A program made the translations under genes and the position numbers. This document shows, piece by piece, positions 10,021 through 30,790 of a DNA stretch of 64,000 nt. Origin of the DNA: the human T2T-CHM13v2.0 reference genome, Homo sapiens. Position 1 is the stretch's first letter, and every line of letters begins with the position of its first letter. The stretch is from assembly GCF_009914755.1 (NCBI RefSeq), contig NC_060934.1, one strand, 5' to 3'. The notes under the pieces were generated by a model. It was given only the letters and a program-made list of their open reading frames with translations, was not told where the DNA came from and ran no database searches.

Positions 10021-12138
10021 CCACTCTGGCTCTTGATCACATTATAGTAGATTGTAGTTTAGAGATGAAAGGACTTCTTGCTCCTTGTACATTCTCATTT
10101 CATGTACGACATTATGCAAGCTCAGCAATTCTTCAAGTGGCCAGTTTTTATATCTGTTACGTAGTCAGAGTTTCTTTTCTCTGCTTGCCCTGATGAGGGC
10201 CGGTTCACCTCATTTTTTCCAAGTACAGGTTAACCAGGAACTCTGCAATTCTTTAGGAAATAAAACAATGAAGGATTTAAAGTCATGTGCTTTGAAACAC
10301 TTTGAAATCAGTGAACCCCTTCCTCCCAGAGAGGCCTATGTCTGGACTGGTGTTACCACAAACTTCATGGAGGATGCATGCAGCCTCTCCACTTGATCTT
10401 GGGCCTTTGTTCTTCCTATTGTATATTCACGAGGCTATTTACAGCTCCCTGTACTGTGGGGAGGTGGCACTGTGCCCATGGCCTCTCAGTTTTCTGGGGC
10501 TCCGCTTCTAGCCACATAATAGGCCAGCCCTGCCTCTTTTCCTAAAAAAATCCTCTCTCTTGATATTCATTTAGTTTTTACACGTGTCCTCACCACCAAT
10601 CTGAAAGTCAGATCCGCCTTCTTATGAAAATACTGCAGGCACCTCAACTTTGGATGTAACTAAGAACTACATATAGATTTTACTTTTGCTTCCCTGTGAG
10701 AGTGCAGAAGTTGCCAGGAGCCAGAGATTAAGGACTAAGATAAGGTCCAGGGTCTACCTGATTCAGTGATGTCAGAAGTGGTGGTGACTGGTTTATTTGT
10801 TTTTCCGTCTTAGAGATGTTTACTGTTACTCTGAGGTGTCACAAGGCCAGGCTAACCAGGAACAACCCTTGCTTAATATTGTCATAGAACTCCCCCCAAA
10901 AGGAATTTTCCTTTCTGAGTGGAAATTTGCCCAAACTAGAGACATGGGACCAAATTTGCCAAGATGATTTTCTATCTACAACTCCTTACATTCTACCACT
11001 GTTGAAAAAATTGATCTGTGCATGGTTATGTCTTTTATGTTATTTTTTTTTCCTTTTATTTTGAATGGCTTAGAGGCTTCCTAGAAATTGACTGGTGTGT
11101 CTCTAATTTCTGCTGAACTGATTTTATTAAAAACACTACACCGTAGGGGGTTTGACCTTATAAAATACCAAACATGTCTGCTTTAGAAAATCACAAAGCT
11201 TTCCTCTGAAGAGCTCATAAATCTGGTTTCAATATGGGTTGATTATAGGCTAAAAGCTTGAAAGCAGTGGCATCTAGTATCATGACTAGGGAACTGGCTC
11301 TTTTGGGGCCGGGATAGCTTTTTTTTTCCCTTACAGCCTCTAATTGGTCCTCTTCTCTGCCTCTCAGCTCAAATGTCTTTAAACCTCCACAGCTGTGCGA
11401 ACTTCGGCAAATTATGTAAGCTCTTTGAATATTCACTTTTGTTGCCTGTGGTTGCCTGTGGAATGGGGGCCGTAGTAACACCTTGTAGGATTATTGTGAA
11501 GAGACATTGTAGCTATTTTCATTCATATACACAACATTCTTGCATAAACTGTGCCCACATAATATTCCTTAAAATCTGAGAACTTGTGCCCATTATTTGT
11601 ACCGTACATTAATATTGCTTTTTAATATTTAAGATCTTTGCATACTTGAGACTTGCCAGTCACCTGCAGACTGGATATAGCATTTTAAATATTCATTTTC
11701 AATTTATTATTTTTGGCCTCTCATGCCTATTAAATAGGTTCATTTGTAATTGTTTCCTTCTGGAATAATACAGATGGCTACTGATGAGAATGTTTTAATC
11801 ATGTAAACTTACTTGAGTTTCTAGTATTTGATAGAATGAAGTTCCCTTGGAGTTTCAGCTGCTCCGAATGGTCAAACCATTGAGAAAATCAATGGATTTG
11901 ATAGGTAGCAGATAATGTGTCCATATTGTTTGCGTGGCTTATGTCTGATTGGTTCATTCTCAACAATTGATTCTCAATGCCACAATTGATTACAGCCTGC
12001 CCCACGGGTGCTCCCAACAAAATACAAATACTTCTAGAACTAGTTTTTAGAACTTTGTGAATTTGGAAGTGGAGGAGTGAGTTAAAAATCATTTAATTAC
12101 CCTGGATGAAATTAATTTAGTTACTCTGTGGGTCACAG

Positions 12139-12247
12139 TTATAATAGAAAAATTAAATGCTCCAGATACCAACATTTATAATAGAAAAATTAAATGCTCC
12201 AGATACCAACATTTATAATAGAAAAATTGACTGCTCCAGATCCCAAC
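12139..12247. repeat. 37-bp tandem repeat, ~3 copies
   Basis: ATAATAGAAAAATTAAATGCTCCAGATACCAACATTT starting at 12141, 12178 and 12215. Confidence 0.95.
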
Positions 12248-12918
12248 TGACTCCCCTTCCCTCTACCCAATTCATCCTGTCAATATGACTCTATCTGCTG
12301 CCTCAAAAAAAGCAGATCATTGATTTTTTTGGGGAATTAGAGATCCCATAGAATGACGAAATTCAACTCTCAAATTTTGGCAACTCTTTATTTGGAGTAC
12401 ATTTTACACTCTGAACATGTCCTTGTTAATCTGCTAACACTGCACTGTTTTGCAGCGTGGTGGTGTAATTCATTTGTCTGCCATTCCAGGAATTTGAGGA
12501 TAGAATCAGGAAGGTGGCAGAGCTGAGATTAACCAGTTGGGGATTTACTTCTTCCAGCAAGGCAGCAATTTTCCAAGGGATGTGCTTTTTTAGAATTTCA
12601 GAGTATTTATTGCTAGGGAAGACCTATCAGCCAAACTTCTGCAAACTTTTCCCATTCTTTGAATATGAAAAGGGTAACAGGAAAGGCATTGATAAGCAAT
12701 CTGGGGAGATAACTTGGGTAAGCAGTGAGATAATATCTCAAGGCATTTGTCATTCCTCAAGACTTTTAGGAAATTCATTCTATCTAGGAGCTAATGGCCC
12801 GCTGACCTCTCAGGGGCAATTTCAAATGGTGTTTAGCTCCCTGTATCTTGCAGATTAGATTGATGTTGGACTAAATCTGAATAGAACTCAGGAAAGATCA
12901 GCTGAAAACTATGCATGC

Positions 12919-12941
12919 TGTGTGTGTGTGTGTGTGTGTGT
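12919..12941. repeat. (TG)11 microsatellite
   Basis: Direct read. Confidence 0.95.
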
Positions 12942-14213
12942 ATGCCATGCTAATTGAATAGACTTCGTAATCCTGGAATAACTTTACATTTAACAATTTT
13001 CAAGGCATTGCATAAGTACATTTGGAACTTGCAAGAAGTCAGCAATTTGTTTTTAGACACATGAAGACTAAGTTGTGATGAATTAATAAACTCAGAGGCT
13101 GTTGTGTCAATTCACTCTGAAAGATCTCACATTACAAACCTAATGGAACAAAAATTGTTTTAGCAGTTAAAACCAAGAGAAATACAAAAAGCTCTTTATC
13201 CCCGGTTTCTTCCCCTTGGAATTTCCCTAGGGAACCGATGAGGACAGTGGAAAAACACCACACTTCTCAAAGCAAGTTTCTTACTTTTTAAGTGTTACAA
13301 GTTCACGGTGGAGTGTTTTTTTCCCCCTAAATTTAGTGGATGTGGTTTTGATACCATAGCTTTAATTCACAGTTGCCTTGGTAAATGAGGGCCTTTCTCA
13401 CCTGGATTTGGGGATTAAACTGTGAACTCCCCGTGGGCAGGAGCTGTGATCAATAACCTTTGTACATTTCCAAAATCCAAAGGAGAGAATTAGATGAAGG
13501 ACAGATTAAGACCTTTTGTTTTCAGGCACCTGTTTCTGGTTTTTAGTAAATAAATGTTGTCTTTCTCTTTCATTTCTCTATCCTAACTGATTGCTTTACA
13601 GATTTATAATTTTTGTCTGGAGAGCCTAAAGGAAAACAAATTGCTAGTGAAGGAAGTTGAGAAAAAATTCCAATGGGCCTGAACATTAACGAAACATTGC
13701 TAAGGTCAAATATCTGAGTCTACCTTTTATATTTGGTGCAGGCTCTAAGCTCATTTAAGGACTAATTCTCACCCAGAAGTGTATCACTATTCTCCTTTGA
13801 ACTAAGAGTTGTACTTTCATTTTAGTATTTAAAGATAATCCAAAATTTCCACCATTGTCTCTCCAAGGAGTTAAGAACAAGCCACTGAGAGTTTTGTTGA
13901 TCAAAAATGTTGAGAACCTGGAATACGCTACCTGATTTAGTATTTCATCCTCAATGGCTTGACAGGCCCTGCTATACCAGGGCAACTTTGGCAAATTCTC
14001 TTTTCTTCTCATGGAAATGAACCTCTGCCCAGAAGCTGTAATAAAAGCAACAAATAGCTCCCTGCCTCTTTCATTCAAGGACACACCAAGTTATAAATTC
14101 CCTTCCCTTCACAAACACTTAGCGTCTTCATGAAAAGTTTACCTTTAACTTCAAAATCCAAATAGCTCTTGTGCATCCATTGCAGTTTTATAATTCACAC
14201 TTTTATATTTTTC

Positions 14214-14937
<724 letters not shown>

Positions 14938-15164
14938 AAAGATAAATTTTGAAAAAAGAATGTATATGTTGGGCAGGGGTGGCAGGAGCGGAAGAGAAGG
15001 GGAGGTCATTCTTGACTTCACAATCCTTATACACTATTTTTTCTAGTGTCCTGTGTTCCTTTTATTTATTTATTTATCTTAAAATATTATACATATCTTT
15101 ATATTTTCTGAGTCCTGGCTCAAACCAGTATCAACCTGCTTCCTGCTTTTTTCTTTAATGTGTT

Positions 15165-15465
15165 AGATTTTAAAAAATTGATACACGATCGATATACATA
15201 ATTTGGGGGCACATGTGATAATTTAATACATTCATGTAATTTGTACAGATCAAAGCAGTATAGCTGGGTATCTATCACTTTAAATATTTGTCTTTGTTGT
15301 ATACTAGAAACATCTGGATTATTCTCTTCTAGTTATTTTGAAATATGTAATAGATTATTGTAAACTATAGTCACCCCACTGATCTGTCAAACACTAGGTC
15401 TTATTTTTTTTTTCTGTCAAACTATCTATTGGTACCTACTAACCAAGCTCTCTTCATCCCCCTCC
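15165..15465 (-). mobile_element. L1 3'-end fragment (L1MA-type)
   Basis: GGGGCACATGTGATAATTTAATACATTCAT...TTCTCTTCTAGTTATTTTGAAATAT...CTATAGTCACCC typical of reverse L1MA 3'UTR. Confidence 0.8.
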
Positions 15466-15863
15466 AGTGGTGCTTACTAAAAATTGAATAAACGTGGAAA
15501 AGAGAAAATCTCCCTCTTTAAAAGGAACACTGTTGTGGACATTTTAAAATGCAAACGCCTTGGCTGGAAGTCAGAAATCGTGTTCTCTCTGCTAAACCTG
15601 GTGTAGCATTTAACACGCTTGAAGTGGAGGCATCTGGTCACCAATTTCACAGCCTGGACAGAGCAAGAAGGTGCGGCTGGTTTAGGAGGCGGCCTGCCGG
15701 GGGGGATCGTCTGTCCATCTGGGCTTGGTAAATGTCAAGGGTCATTTCCCTGTCCTGACATTTGATTGTGAAGCAGGTTGCGAGGTAACTCTTTCAAGGG
15801 ACTGGACTGTGACAGTCACCATAGTTGGACAATAAAACCCGAACATCCTTCACCATCTTCTTT

Positions 15864-15900
15864 AACAATGGGAGGTTGTTTGTTGGCTTTGTATGCAAAT
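15864..15900 (+). promoter_or_regulatory. Sox site plus compressed Sox-Oct composite motif
   Basis: AACAATG 15864-15870; CTTTGTATGCAAAT 15887-15900. Confidence 0.45.
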
Positions 15901-16396
15901 TGGCGTGAGTAGCTAACAGGTTGCTTTGAAATCCTCAATTTGTTTACCCCAACCTGGGAAGCCTGACCTTTTCTTCAGAGGCAGATTTATGGAGCTATTT
16001 TTCATGGCTCTCAGCAATGAATTGGGTTCAGCAGGGTCCCTAGGATTTTCATTAACTCAAGTAGGCTTCAGAAGCAGAAGAGCTCTGCTGGTTCCCTGGA
16101 CTAACACAGACAGTGGTGACCACGTCCTGCAGTTCCTCTAGGGCTCTGCTGGCTAGTCACAGCAAACTGCTGTGACATGCCATGTTTGCTGGCATGTGAC
16201 AGCAAACAACTGCTAGGGGGAAAAAGAAAACCCTTTCTTCAGAATATCCATACACAAATACCTCATCTGGAGAAAAATACATTGGCCATTTTTTTTTTTG
16301 GTCTTCCCGTTTCTTCTGGGAAGTCACACCTTTGCACCTGGCCTAAAGAAGAACCTGCCCTTTTTTCTGAAGCTTTTTCTGAAAGTGCTTATCCTA

Positions 16397-16699
16397 ATTT
16401 TTTTTTCTTTTTTGAGACAGGATCTCCCTCTATCGCCCAGGCTGGAGTGCAGTGATGGGATCTTGACTCACTGCAGCCTCAACCTTCCAGGCTCAAGCAG
16501 TCCTCCCACCTCACTCTTATGAGTAGCTGGGAATACAGGTGCACACCACCACACTCAGGTAATTTAAAAAAAATTTTTGTAGAGACGGGGAGTCTCACTA
16601 TGTTGCCCAGGTTGATCTCGAATTCCTGGGCTCAAGTGATCCTTCCACCTTGGCCTCCCAATGTGCTGGGATTATAGGTGTGTGCCACCACACCCAGCC
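16397..16699 (-). mobile_element. AluJ
   Basis: Reverse Alu with J-type CTGCAGCCTC / GGGCTCAAG. Confidence 0.9.
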
Positions 16700-16733
16700 C
16701 ACATCCTAATGTTTTTATAAGCCTGCATAGCTG

Positions 16734-17384
16734 TGATATGGTTTGGCTCTATGTCCCCTCCCAAATCTCATGTCAAATTGTAATCCCCACCTGTCAGCGA
16801 GGGACCTGGTAGAAAGTGATTATATCATGGGACTGGATTTCCCCCTTGCTGTTCTCATGATAGTGAGTGAGTTCTCACGAGATCTGGTTATTTAAAAGTG
16901 TGTGGCACCTCTCCCTCTCTCTCCCTTCTGCTCTCTCTCCCTCCCTCCGCCTCCCTCCCCCTCCCTCCCCCTCCCTCCCTCTCCCTCCCTCTCCCTATCT
17001 AAAAGTGTGTGGCACCTCTCTCTCTCTCTCCCTCCCGCCTCTCTCCCTCCCCCTCCCTCTCTCCTTCCCTCCCTCCCTCTCCCTCTTCCCCTCTCTCCTT
17101 CTTTCCCTCTCTCTCCCCCCTCCATCCCCCCTCTCCACTCCCTCTCTCCCTCTCTCCCTCCCTCTGTCTCTGTCTTTCTGTCTCTCTATCTCTCTCTCTC
17201 TCCTGCCACCATGAGAAGAAAGTGCTTGCTTCCCCTTCACCGTCTGCCATGATCGTAAGTTTCCTGAGGCCTCCCAGCCATGCTTCCTGTTAAGCCTGTG
17301 GAACTGAGTCAATTAAACCTCTTTTCTTCATAAATCCCCAGTCTTAAGTAGTTCTTTACAGCAGTGTGAGAATGAACTAAAACA
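16734..17384 (+). mobile_element. MaLR solo LTR (MSTA-like) with internal CT-rich expansion
   Basis: TGATATGGTTTGG...CA termini; 5-bp TSD AGCTG (16729-16733 / 17385-17389). Confidence 0.9.
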
Positions 17385-17399
17385 AGCTGCTATGAGTAT

Positions 17400-17810
17400 G
17401 TATGGTTCCGGACTCTGAGAGACCTGGGTTCAAGTTCAGACTTAACCTGTTACTAGTGGTATGACCTTGGGCTAATTAACCTCTCAATTTCCTCACTTAC
17501 ATAATGAAGGTAATAATATTATCAGCACTTTATTTTTTAAAGTTTGTATTTACTTATTTTTAGAGACAGGGTCTTGCTCTGTTGCCCAGGCTGGAGTGCA
17601 ATGGTGCAATCATGGCTCACTACAGCCTCGAACTCCTGGCTCAAGTGATCCTCCCACCACAGCCTCCCGAGTAGCTGGGATTACAGGTTTGTGCCACGAC
17701 CCTGGGTTTTATTAGCGCTCTGGGTTGTTGTGAGGATTAAATGAGATAATACAAATAAAGATTTAGCACAGTTCCTAAAAACACTGTGAAAGTTAGCAAT
17801 TCCTATTAAG
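17400..17810 (+). mobile_element. MIR split by an Alu monomer (17545-17706, minus)
   Basis: CTGGGTTCAAG..GACCTTGGGC..AACCTCTC..TTTCCTCA then GGTTGTTGTGAGGATTAAATGAGATAAT. Confidence 0.7.
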
Positions 17811-17905
17811 TATCGTTCCTTCATGAGCCCTCACAATGCCTAGGAAACACACACAGATGATAGAGGTCACCACGCTGACTCTACAAATGGAAGAGCTGGA
17901 TTTCA

Positions 17906-18253
<348 letters not shown>

Positions 18254-18691
18254 TCATTTGTGGGTGTGAGTGTCTTGAATTCCTTTTAACTTTCCACGAT
18301 TCTATTTTGCTCAAGACAGTAGGAAAGTACTTAATTTTTATTTAAACATATTGAAACTAACATATCCCTTGTAGGAAAATATTACATATTAGGAACAGTT
18401 ACGATGTGCAATATCAGCACAATAGTTTAACACTCTTCAGGAAGGGCATGCTATCTGCTCCATGTTACAACAGATACCTGTTTTTGCACATCCTATTAAT
18501 GAATACACACCTATTGAGTGTGCTTGTTTGCTCTGCTGACGGGGCACCAAGCCACAGTTCTAGGCGACAGCTGTGCCTGGAGCACGGGTGGTATGAGCTC
18601 CTGGCACTGTCTTTCTGCTTGGGGGTCCAGGTGAAGGGCTGGCAAAGTTTGTCTCATAGGGAGGAAAGAGGCAAATTAAAATTTTGTCCCA

Positions 18692-19776
<1,085 letters not shown>

Positions 19777-19954
19777 GTTGGGGCATAAATGCTCCTGTGA
19801 TTTAGTGTTCATATATCAGGCTAATGTGTATGTTACTTAAGATATTGACAAATCGGTGGGGCTTCCCCAAGCCCAGGAATTGATCTGTGTGTTCCACATC
19901 TGTCCAGCACCTTTAAGGAGCCACCAGCCCCTTCCGCAGGCACTTGCGGCGTGA

Positions 19955-20715
<761 letters not shown>

Positions 20716-21445
20716 AAAAAAGAGCAACTTATTCCAAGATTCTGTACTGAGTAGCGAGATTTAGTGAACCAAGTCATCTTTCAGTTTCATCTTTTTCATT
20801 TGTAAAGTGAGAGTTAGAGGATCACAGTGCTTTCCTCCACCCTCAAATGCATGTTATTAAAATTCTACAGTGCCCTGAAGGCCGTTTGATCTCCTTGGGT
20901 AAGGCATTATAAAACGGGAATTATTATTAAAATGCTATTTTGAAATAAAGATAAGCCTTTTTTATGTATTTATATATTTTTATTTCTTTCATACTTTTCA
21001 TTCTCATTCCTTTGTAAATACAGGTTTGAATTGTGTCTGCTTTTTCTCATGTTTATAACCAATAAAGTTTGCTTTAAGAAGATGGAAAATGGCGTATACA
21101 CAGTTACATTCTTGAGGCCATCTTTCCTTTTTCAACCAATAAAACCACTACCTATTTGCAACATTGTTTGTAATTGAATTTACAATAAACCTCAGACTTA
21201 GAGCTAAAGAATGAAGGCAGAGAAAAACAAGTCCAAACATTGTAATTAACAAAAGCAGTAGCAACATTATTGTATAGCTTAAAACAAATGCATTAATTTT
21301 TTTGAGTCTCCCAAATAAAGATGAAACAAAACAAAACAAAGTTCAACCAAAAAACCCTGAAAACAAAGAACCTTAGAGACAATCCTGCTTAAAAATAAGT
21401 TTAAAAATAACTTTGTGTTTTTCTTCCTACTTGAGATGAATATTA

Positions 21446-22036
<591 letters not shown>

Positions 22037-22376
22037 AATAATTATGTTTCTTATTGGCCTAAATGTTTAATACTTAAATGGTGCAAAAATATTGCAAATT
22101 TGGGTGTTCTCCCTACCTCCTAGTTGGAAAACACTGGCAAAGTGACTCACTCAAGGCCATGCTGTGAGGAGGACTCAGACCTGGGATTTCTTGCTGGGAT
22201 TAAATCACTGGGACACATTCACCCCAAAGGATACCGAAAACTTGTGAGAACAATAATATTAAATTTTCAAGGTTTTATATCCGAATGGAAACCGTACAAT
22301 GACACTTTGTCTCATATAGGGTCTTCTCTGCTTTTCAGGAGGCAAAACCATGCTAAACCCCAATCGCACTATTTCT

Positions 22377-23213
<837 letters not shown>

Positions 23214-24099
23214 TAGGGATAAGGAGAGACCACTGTTAACTAACTTTCCCCCACTTTTTTTTTGGCTTTGTAGGGGATGAAAGATGGGGGAAAAACACAA
23301 TCTCATCCTTTCACTTACTTCTCATTGCCTATTTCCTTACAAACCACCCTTGAGACCAAAAGAAGCAGAAATCAATTGATTCTGATTCTTTTTTGTGGCT
23401 TATATTAATGAACCATTCTGAAATGCGTTTTTTTAAAGTGAGTAATTTTTCCCTTGGAAACATATAGAATTACCTGCAGGGAAAAAAATGATGTATTGAA
23501 TTTACTCTTTCAATAGTCTTGATGTTTAATTCCTCACTAAGAACAGGAGATCCCTGGTGCAATTTCAGTGACTAGCATCAGCATATAGTTTGTAAAGTCG
23601 CAAAATGTCAAACTTCATGTAAATTGTATTTCTAAATCCTCAACAGCACTCAGACACTATAATTATATCCTGACAGTGTCTTACTCACAAAACAGACTCA
23701 AACAACGTCTTTCAAAACCATGCTTTGACAACTCATTCACTTTATCCATAACAGTATCTTAAAAGAATTTCCTTTCAGAAAACAGTCAATGAGTGCAAGT
23801 CAGGGGGAATTTTCTCCTTGATTGAATTCATGGAAGAGCAGAGTTCTATTTCCAAAATAATCAGCCAGCCCAGAGACATTCAGCTTCTCACTGAGCAGTG
23901 AATATTTGATATTTCAGAACTAAAGTAAGCAGCTTAATGGAACTTGTCAGGCACTGATAAAATGCTAGAATAAGAAAATTAAGACTTCAGGTTACTTCAG
24001 AATAACTAGCGTATCAAAGGTCAACGTTTAACTTTTCCAAATTTTGCTTAAATGAAATGTATGAGAGAGAGCAAGAGGGAGAGAGGGAGGGAAAAATAA

Positions 24100-24969
<870 letters not shown>

Positions 24970-25216
24970 TGATTTTCTGTATTCTATGGTTGCATGAGAG
25001 AGAGAGAGAGAGAGAAATCAAAACAAACAAAAAGAATGAGGGAGAAGAAAGAAAACATAAAGGAATATTAGAAGAGTAGGAGGAAATTAAATTTCTTTCT
25101 GGGACGTGGAACAGGGAAACAAATGGAACAGGTTACCATTCAGTGGAGTCAGCCGCAGGGTCATGGGTGGTCTCCAAGCAGAAGCTAAATCCGATGCCAG
25201 GAGCCTTGAGAACTGA

Positions 25217-25572
<356 letters not shown>

Positions 25573-25725
25573 GGGCTCCTCATCATTTTTAATAGCTCCC
25601 CACACCGTCCTTGGCCTTGCTGGCCAAACTGTAGGGTGGGCTGCCTTGAGGTAAGGCCCACAGATTGAGGCTACTGCACAAACTGTTTTGTACTGGTTCT
25701 TGATGAGGTAAGCACAAAATGGTTG

Positions 25726-25805
25726 TTACGTTGGTGCAAAAATTATTGTGAGGTTTGCCATTAAAAGTCATTGCAAAAACTGCAATTACTTTTGCACCTA
25801 CCTAA
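25726..25805. mobile_element. MADE1 MITE (Hsmar1-derived, 80 bp palindromic)
   Basis: TTACGTTGGTGCAAAAATTATTG...CAATTACTTTTGCACCTACCTAA inverted termini followed by TA. Confidence 0.9.
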
Positions 25806-25808
25806 TAA

Positions 25809-26439
<631 letters not shown>

Positions 26440-26954
26440 TGACCGAGACTCCAACAGGTCTATATGTGCCAAATTCATTCAGCCCATGGTGAGAGAAGGT
26501 TAACAAGTACTACGAAAGGCTTCTGGCTTGGGGTTTGGGTTCAGATTTCCAGTCCTGCAGAGAGAATTGGCAACTAACTTGAATTTGAGGGACACAGCCA
26601 CTTGGACACAGTTGGCTGATTTAAGGTGTACTTGACTGTAAATGTCTTCTAGGTCACAAGTGCAAAGTGAATTCCAGATTCTAACTGCTGCTGAATGGGG
26701 CTACTAAGGGGGACCTTGTTCTGGTCAGGCTGGGTCAGAGACAGCGAGAGGCCAGCAGCCACAGTCCTGGCTGATCCAGGCAGAGCAAGGACTGATAGAA
26801 TGGAACACAAATGTGCTGTGGATGCAGGTTAGTGTCACACAACATCATGTGTTCCAGAAGAGGGGTTATTTACATTACATTCTGTATTATTACATTATTA
26901 CATTTAATCTTATTCTTTTTTATTGAATTAGTTTAATGAATTTATCAGCAACTT

Positions 26955-28845
<1,891 letters not shown>

Positions 28846-28928
28846 TAAACAGATTTTTGACAAAGCTTCACCCCAAAGAAAGAAGTCAGGATGTGTCTTC
28901 CTGGGGGTAAGAGGGCGCTGCAGTGTCA

Positions 28929-29765
<837 letters not shown>

Positions 29766-30589
29766 AAAATATAAAAACCCCTACAACCTCCAAAAAGAAG
29801 CCATTAAAATACTGTCCAATCTCTCTGCTTTTAGTCCCAAAGTCAGAAAAGAAATGCATTCCGGCATGGGATGGGTTGTCACTGGTGGCCTAAGGCCTCA
29901 GGGCAATTTTAAGATATAACTCTTCTAGCAGAAAAGCTGCTGAGAAAAGAGAGGAGAAGAATTGGCAAAAGGGGAAAATAAATCAGACAGCTGACCGTGA
30001 GCGTGAAGGGAATGTAGCTATTTTCCTCCTTGTTCCAAGCCTAGGATTGAAAAAACAGTCGTCTCGGGAATAAATAATTTATCACTGGAATTGATGAAGT
30101 GGAGGTGGTTTGGGGAGGAGGGAGAGTGCAAAGCCAGATGCCTCCACGCAGATAATAAAATGTTAATAATAAAATGTTCTCCCTTGCTGTTGTCTAAGTG
30201 GTGAATGAAAAAGAATCCAGGGATAAGAAAAACCCCTGAAGGGGTTAGGGGAAATTAGTGCTGATACTTCCCATTAAAGTCGCAGTAATAACGATAACAA
30301 CCGAACATTTATAGAATGTACTTCATGCCTGGGATTCCACTGGGCTTTGAAACAGGAGGATCTGATTCACACCCACTCCCAAGAAAATGAATTAGGTTCC
30401 AGCGCTCAGGGGTGGGTGAGGGACTTCCCAAAAGAGCTTAAATTCATTAGATGAGAGAGTTAAGTGTGGTCAGAGGTGATCTAGTCCAGCGTCCTTTTCG
30501 GAGGAGTCCAGAGAAGTTGAAGGATTGGCTCCGGATCACATCACTCCTTAATGGAGTTGCTGTGGATAGTACTCAAGTCTATTTCCTTT

Positions 30590-30790
30590 GGGTCCCAGCT
30601 GTCACTTTGCAGCTGTGTGCCTTTGGGAAAGTCACCAAACCTCTCTCAGCCTCAGTTTCCTAATAAAATGTGGACAGTCGTAGCATCTGCGTCAAAGGAT
30701 TGCTGTAATGATTAAATAGGTTAATGCATGCTTAGAACAGTGCCTGACACATGGTAAGTATTAAATACATGTTATTTATCATTAGCTATT
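30590..30790 (+). mobile_element. MIR
   Basis: GCTGTGTGCCTTTGGGAAAGTCACC..CCTCAGTTTCC..CTTAGAACAGTGCCTGACACATGGTAAG. Confidence 0.75.

Noticed and set aside
12139-12247. 37-bp repeats as a CRISPR-like array
   Set aside because: Copies are head-to-tail with no spacers, there are no cas genes, and the context is eukaryotic
16867-17312. Leu/Ser/Pro- and Glu/Arg/Gly-rich ORFs (similar ones at 43295-43645 and 56379-56763)
   Set aside because: Artefacts of CT-rich microsatellites
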